NCBI GenBank assembly: GCA_023142915.1
Contig: JAGLIO010000001.1
Coordinates: forward strand, 126-64,125
DNA from: Candidatus Parcubacteria bacterium
GTDB taxonomy: Bacteria > Patescibacteriota > Patescibacteriia > Patescibacteriales > UBA12075
Reading direction: 5' to 3'
DNA: 64,000 bases
Below the pieces are notes generated by a model that saw only the letters and a program-made list of their open reading frames with translations, was not told the DNA's origin and made no database searches. The translations under genes and the position numbers were made by a program. How positions within the stretch are numbered: the stretch's first letter is position 1; the number at the start of each line of letters is the position of its first letter. Positions 60,149-64,000 of the stretch are shown here, in pieces.

Positions 60149-61294
60149 TTAATTCCTAACTCTCGTCTGCTTGCTGATATTCACTAATATCCCAATCGCG
60201 GCCAATGTTGCCAGTATAGATGATCCGCCGTATGAAATCAATGGCAAGGGAACGCCGGTCATGGGCATGACATTGATAATTCCGCCGATGTTTATTATTG
60301 CCTGGATTACAATCCAGCTGACAATGCCGATTGCTAAAATCCTGCCAAAATCATCCGGCGCTTTTCTAGCAATTAAAAAACCGCGATAAAAAATAAAAGA
60401 AAAACCGGCTATCAATAAAACACTGAAAATCATTCCGGTTTCTTCGGCAATAATCGCGAATATGGAATCGCCGCTAACCTCCGGCAGGTACATATATTTC
60501 TGGCGGCTAGCGCCTAAGCCGCGTCCTGTTATTCCGCCGGAACCAACCGCGATCAAGGATTGGTTGACCTGATAACAAACGCCCTTTTTGTCATAATTCG
60601 GATCAAGCAAGCATTTAAAGCGATCATGCTGATAGTCTTTCATTTGCACCATTAAGGCGAAAGCAAGCAAGCCGAAAACTCCGATTATAATAATATGCTT
60701 AATTTTTCCTCCGCCCACAAAATACACAATCAAAGATGTTATCGCTATAATTGAAAGCGTGCCGATATCCGGCTGTAAAATCATTAAAAAAGAAATTAGA
60801 CCAAGCACTGCCACAAAAGGGCCGATGCTTTGCGCGATATCGCTTAGATTTTTCTTTCTGGTTTCCAGCCAAGCCGCCAAATACAAAAGAAAAGACAATT
60901 TTACAAATTCCGCCGGCTGCAAAGAAAATCCAAAAACATTAATCCAGCTCCTGGCCTTTCCGTAATGCGCGCTAAGTCCGGGAATAAACACCAATAGCAG
61001 TAAAACAATTGACCCGACTAAAAACCAAAAAGCGTACTTGCGCCATATATGATAATCTACGCGAGAGAAAAAAATAAAAGCAACAAGTCCGAAACTTAAA
61101 CCAACCAATTGATGTTTAAAATAATAATAAGCATCTCCGAATTTATCATAATAAGCGACAACCGCCGAGGCGCTGGACAAACTTACAAGACCAAAAAGTA
61201 AAATAACACCGACAACAATCATTAACGCGTTATCCGGTTCATGATAACCGACTTTTCGGCCTAATATTTTTTTTAATTTTTTCTTAAATACCAT
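60149..61294 (-). CDS. ftsW: SEDS peptidoglycan polymerase FtsW
   Basis: SAS, ARSWI..SLQPAEFVK, QPD.GT, YQ..QSLIA.GSGG..G.GLG.S.QK..YLPE, TGVPLPLISYGGSS; between mraY and murG. Confidence 0.93.
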   Translation of the reverse strand: MVFKKKLKKILGRKVGYHEPDNALMIVVGVILLFGLVSLSSASAVVAYYDKFGDAYYYFKHQLVGLSFGLVAFIFFSRVDYHIWRKYAFWFLVGSIVLLLLVFIPGLSAHYGKARSWINVFGFSLQPAEFVKLSFLLYLAAWLETRKKNLSDIAQSIGPFVAVLGLISFLMILQPDIGTLSIIAITSLIVYFVGGGKIKHIIIIGVFGLLAFALMVQMKDYQHDRFKCLLDPNYDKKGVCYQVNQSLIAVGSGGITGRGLGASRQKYMYLPEVSGDSIFAIIAEETGMIFSVLLIAGFSFIFYRGFLIARKAPDDFGRILAIGIVSWIVIQAIINIGGIINVMPMTGVPLPLISYGGSSILATLAAIGILVNISKQTRVRN

Positions 61295-61300
61295 ATAATC

Positions 61301-62350
61301 CTACAGCGTCTTATCCAACAAAAATATAATCAAGCCAATTACGGAAGAAACTCCTGACAGAAGCCAGAAGCGCATTACAATTTTTGGCTCTGCCCAGCCT
61401 TTGGCCTCAAGATGATGATGAATTGGCGCTGACAAAAAAACTTTTTTTCCGTTTCTAAGTTTTTTAGATAAAATTTGAATAATAGTAGACAAAGCCTCTA
61501 TCACAAAAACTAATCCTAAAAACGGCAGTATAAAAGCCGTGTTAGTGTATAAAGCAATCAAGGCCAATGTAACGCCAAGCGATATTGAGCCTGTATCACC
61601 CATGATAAAACGCGCCGGATTAATGTTAAACCAAAGAAAAGCCAATAAAGCTCCTGTAATTACTCCGCAAAAAGTAGCCAAATCATACTTTCCTGTTGCA
61701 AAAGCGATTACCGCGTATGATGCAAAAGCGCTCAAAAGCGTGCCACCTGCCAAACCATCCAAGCCATCGGTTTGATTTACGGAAAAGGCCGTTCCGACTA
61801 CTACAAAAATAAAAAAGGGAATATACCACAAATTCAATTCAACAAAGCCGATAAAAGGAATATGAATAACACTCCAAACTAATTTAGAATAAAACCACCA
61901 CGCGCCCACAAGAGCTATAAAAATATATATCAATAATTTATGGCTGAATTTTATCCCTCTCTTTTTATAGCCCATTTTCCTGACATCCAAGTAATCATCA
62001 GCCAGTCCGACAAGGGCTGACGCCACTAAACAGCCAAGCGGCAATAAAGTCTGCGCTTGCGATAAAAAGTTCAACTGCTTAAATATTTCCCAAGGCAAAA
62101 ATTTTGCCAAATAAAAAAAGGCTAGGCTGAATATTAAAACCGTTACCCATATCAACAATCCCCCCATTGTCGGCGTGCCGGATTTGTGGGCATGCAATTT
62201 TGTAAAAAACGGAGTGGAACCGTCATCCCTGATTTGCTTCCCTATTTTATATTTATACAAAAAATGGGTTAGGAGCGGAGTCCAAAGAACCGTAAAAATA
62301 AAAGCTAAGGCAGTAAAAAACAAAATCCTTATAACATAAAAATCTTCCAT
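61301..62350 (-). CDS. mraY: Phospho-N-acetylmuramoyl-pentapeptide transferase
   Basis: KSGTPTMGG, DD, NQTDGLDGL, FIMGDTGS, APIHHH. Confidence 0.96.
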   Translation of the reverse strand: MEDFYVIRILFFTALAFIFTVLWTPLLTHFLYKYKIGKQIRDDGSTPFFTKLHAHKSGTPTMGGLLIWVTVLIFSLAFFYLAKFLPWEIFKQLNFLSQAQTLLPLGCLVASALVGLADDYLDVRKMGYKKRGIKFSHKLLIYIFIALVGAWWFYSKLVWSVIHIPFIGFVELNLWYIPFFIFVVVGTAFSVNQTDGLDGLAGGTLLSAFASYAVIAFATGKYDLATFCGVITGALLAFLWFNINPARFIMGDTGSISLGVTLALIALYTNTAFILPFLGLVFVIEALSTIIQILSKKLRNGKKVFLSAPIHHHLEAKGWAEPKIVMRFWLLSGVSSVIGLIIFLLDKTL

Positions 62351-62357
62351 AAATGTT

Positions 62358-62768
62358 TTATCTAAAATTTATTAAATATACCGATGAAATCGCGGCAAGC
62401 AAAACAATATTAGAAAGCAGAGCCGCGATCAGCAATATATGGGAAAGCAGAATAAAATCCTTGTTTTGGCTTAAAATTATAACAATTATAAAATTAAATA
62501 AAATAATTATCAACCCTAAAATCGGAATTATAAATATCTGCCTGGCATCCCCGTAAAAATCTATGCCAAAATCAACCGTATAATGCAGGGCGATCTGCTC
62601 CGTGCCTGTTGTCATAATATGCCTGGCAAAAAACCAAATTAAAATATTAATGCAAACTAAAAAAGCTGAATAAACCTTAACATAAAAAAAAGCAAAAATG
62701 CCGGAAAGCGAGTTTGCTAAATTTTTTTGAAAAATATAAAAAATATTAAATAATTTCAGGCTATTCAT
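62358..62768 (-). CDS. Membrane protein (DUF1648-like)
   Basis: Three TMs with IALHYTVDFGIDFYG loop. Confidence 0.7.
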   Translation of the reverse strand: MNSLKLFNIFYIFQKNLANSLSGIFAFFYVKVYSAFLVCINILIWFFARHIMTTGTEQIALHYTVDFGIDFYGDARQIFIIPILGLIIILFNFIIVIILSQNKDFILLSHILLIAALLSNIVLLAAISSVYLINFR

Positions 62769-62789
62769 TGTTTAAAAAATATATAATTT

Positions 62790-62847
62790 ATAGTCAAGGA
62801 ATTTAAATATTCCCGACTACTGTTAATGCCCTTTGGGCATAACTTGA
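62790..62847 (+). repeat. 58-bp two-hairpin dispersed element, copy 2
   Basis: Reverse complement of 25394-25451 (57/58). Confidence 0.92.
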
Positions 62848-63042
62848 TATTTTTACTTTAACATATTATTGATAAAATTTAAAGCGAAGTCAGGAAAACG
62901 AAAGTACCCCCCCCACTGACCCTCAACCAATTTTAAAATCACATAAAAATTCTATTAAAAAAAATAGATAAATATTTTATTTGAATTACAAAACCGAATG
63001 TTCCAACCTTTCCTTTTTCAATAATTATGTTATAAATAATAC

Positions 63043-64000
63043 ATGAGCCTATTCAAACTTTACTCAAAATACAATCCTGCAGGCGATCAGCCGGCTGCGA
63101 TTAAAAAATTAATAGCTGGTTTAGTGTCCGGCAAAAAAAACCAAACCTTGCTTGGCGTTACCGGCAGCGGCAAGACTTTTACTATGGCGAATGTCATAGA
63201 AAAAACGCAAAAGCCTACTTTAATAATATCCCATAATAAAACTTTGGCGGCGCAGCTATACGGAGAATTTAAACAATTTTTTCCACAAGCGGCCGTGCAT
63301 TATTTTGTGTCTTATTACGATTATTACCAACCCGAAGCGTACATTCCGCAAACCGACACTTATATTGAAAAGGAGGCGACAATTAACGAAGAAATAGATC
63401 GCCTGCGGCATGCTTCAACACAATCCCTGATTAACCGCCGCGACGTAATTATAGTAGCCAGCGTTTCCTGTATTTATGGTTTGGGCGAGAAAAAAGACTA
63501 TGAAAAATTGGGGTGTGTTTTTAGCTTTAGGCAAAAAATAAAAAGAAACGAACTTTTGAGGCGTCTAGTAAATATTCAATATGAAAGAAATGATACCGCG
63601 TTTTACAGGGGACAATTTAGGGTTAACGGAGAAACGATTGATATTCATTTATCTACCGGTGAATCGGTTGTCAGGATTGAAATGTATGGCGATGAAATTG
63701 AAAATATTTATATTTTTAATATTAAGCTCGGCGGCTCTAAACCGGTTTGGGCAAGCGATTTAAAAAATAAGCAAGCTGCAAGACTAGATAGTATAAATAT
63801 TCTGCCTGCCAAACATTTTATGACGCCAAAAGACCGTATGGAAAAAGCATTGGCAAATATCCGGCTGGAGTTAAAACAGCGTCTTGGTGAATTGATTAAG
63901 CAGGGCAAGCAAGTGGAAGCATACCGCTTGGAGCGGAAAACAAATTTTGATTTGGAGATGATTGAACAAATTGGCTATTGCAATGGCATAGAAAATTACT
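63043..64000 (+). CDS. uvrB: Excinuclease ABC subunit B (3' end outside window)
   Basis: Manual translation: MSLFKL..PAGDQP.AI..QTLLGVTGSGKTFTMAN..HNKTLAAQLY..YFVSYYDYYQPEAY..ASVSCIYGLG..GYCNGIENY. Confidence 0.97.
   Translation, partial: MSLFKLYSKYNPAGDQPAAIKKLIAGLVSGKKNQTLLGVTGSGKTFTMANVIEKTQKPTLIISHNKTLAAQLYGEFKQFFPQAAVHYFVSYYDYYQPEAYIPQTDTYIEKEATINEEIDRLRHASTQSLINRRDVIIVASVSCIYGLGEKKDYEKLGCVFSFRQKIKRNELLRRLVNIQYERNDTAFYRGQFRVNGETIDIHLSTGESVVRIEMYGDEIENIYIFNIKLGGSKPVWASDLKNKQAARLDSINILPAKHFMTPKDRMEKALANIRLELKQRLGELIKQGKQVEAYRLERKTNFDLEMIEQIGYCNGIENY

Noticed and set aside
1-64000. Alternative genetic code (TGA=Gly), tRNA or rRNA genes
   Set aside because: Core genes are full-length under code 11 and some end in TGA; no cloverleaf or rRNA motifs recognised by eye

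Overview
AT-rich bacterial chromosomal segment using the standard genetic code. The gene set and style (most core genes lack Shine-Dalgarno sites, PilT/PilB ATPases, tandem gpmI, many GT-C glycosyltransferases, repeat surface proteins) suggest a Patescibacteria/CPR (Parcubacteria-like) organism; this is inference. Core genes: gpmI x2, clpB (with CIRCE), def, dedA, rnhA, recJ, lepA, pilT, lemA, pilB/gspE, a ThiI-like enzyme, ileS, murG, ftsW, mraY, and partial uvrB. Accessory content: a defence hotspot after clpB (HaeIII-like R-M, BECR/DUF2283-like TA pair, MutH-like nuclease plus DpnA-like methylase), two HicA-type TA loci, a surface-glycosylation cluster, two AlbA/Schlafen-HATPase-HTH genes, an ECF sigma/anti-sigma pair with a MopE-repeat protein, CreD, and secreted subtilisin and caspase-like proteases. 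The most notable unexplained structures are: (1) defence modules stacked between synonymously diverged duplicates of the clpB 3' end/terminator and of the next gene's promoter and 5' end, with no recombinase; (2) GTAG-type palindromes inside the coding sequences of lepA and ileS (the same stem read in different frames), plus a palindrome in murG; (3) a protein of eleven 28-aa Trp repeats; (4) a 58-bp two-hairpin dispersed element. No tRNA, rRNA, CRISPR array or integrase was recognised. All family calls come from motif recognition by eye, not database searches.
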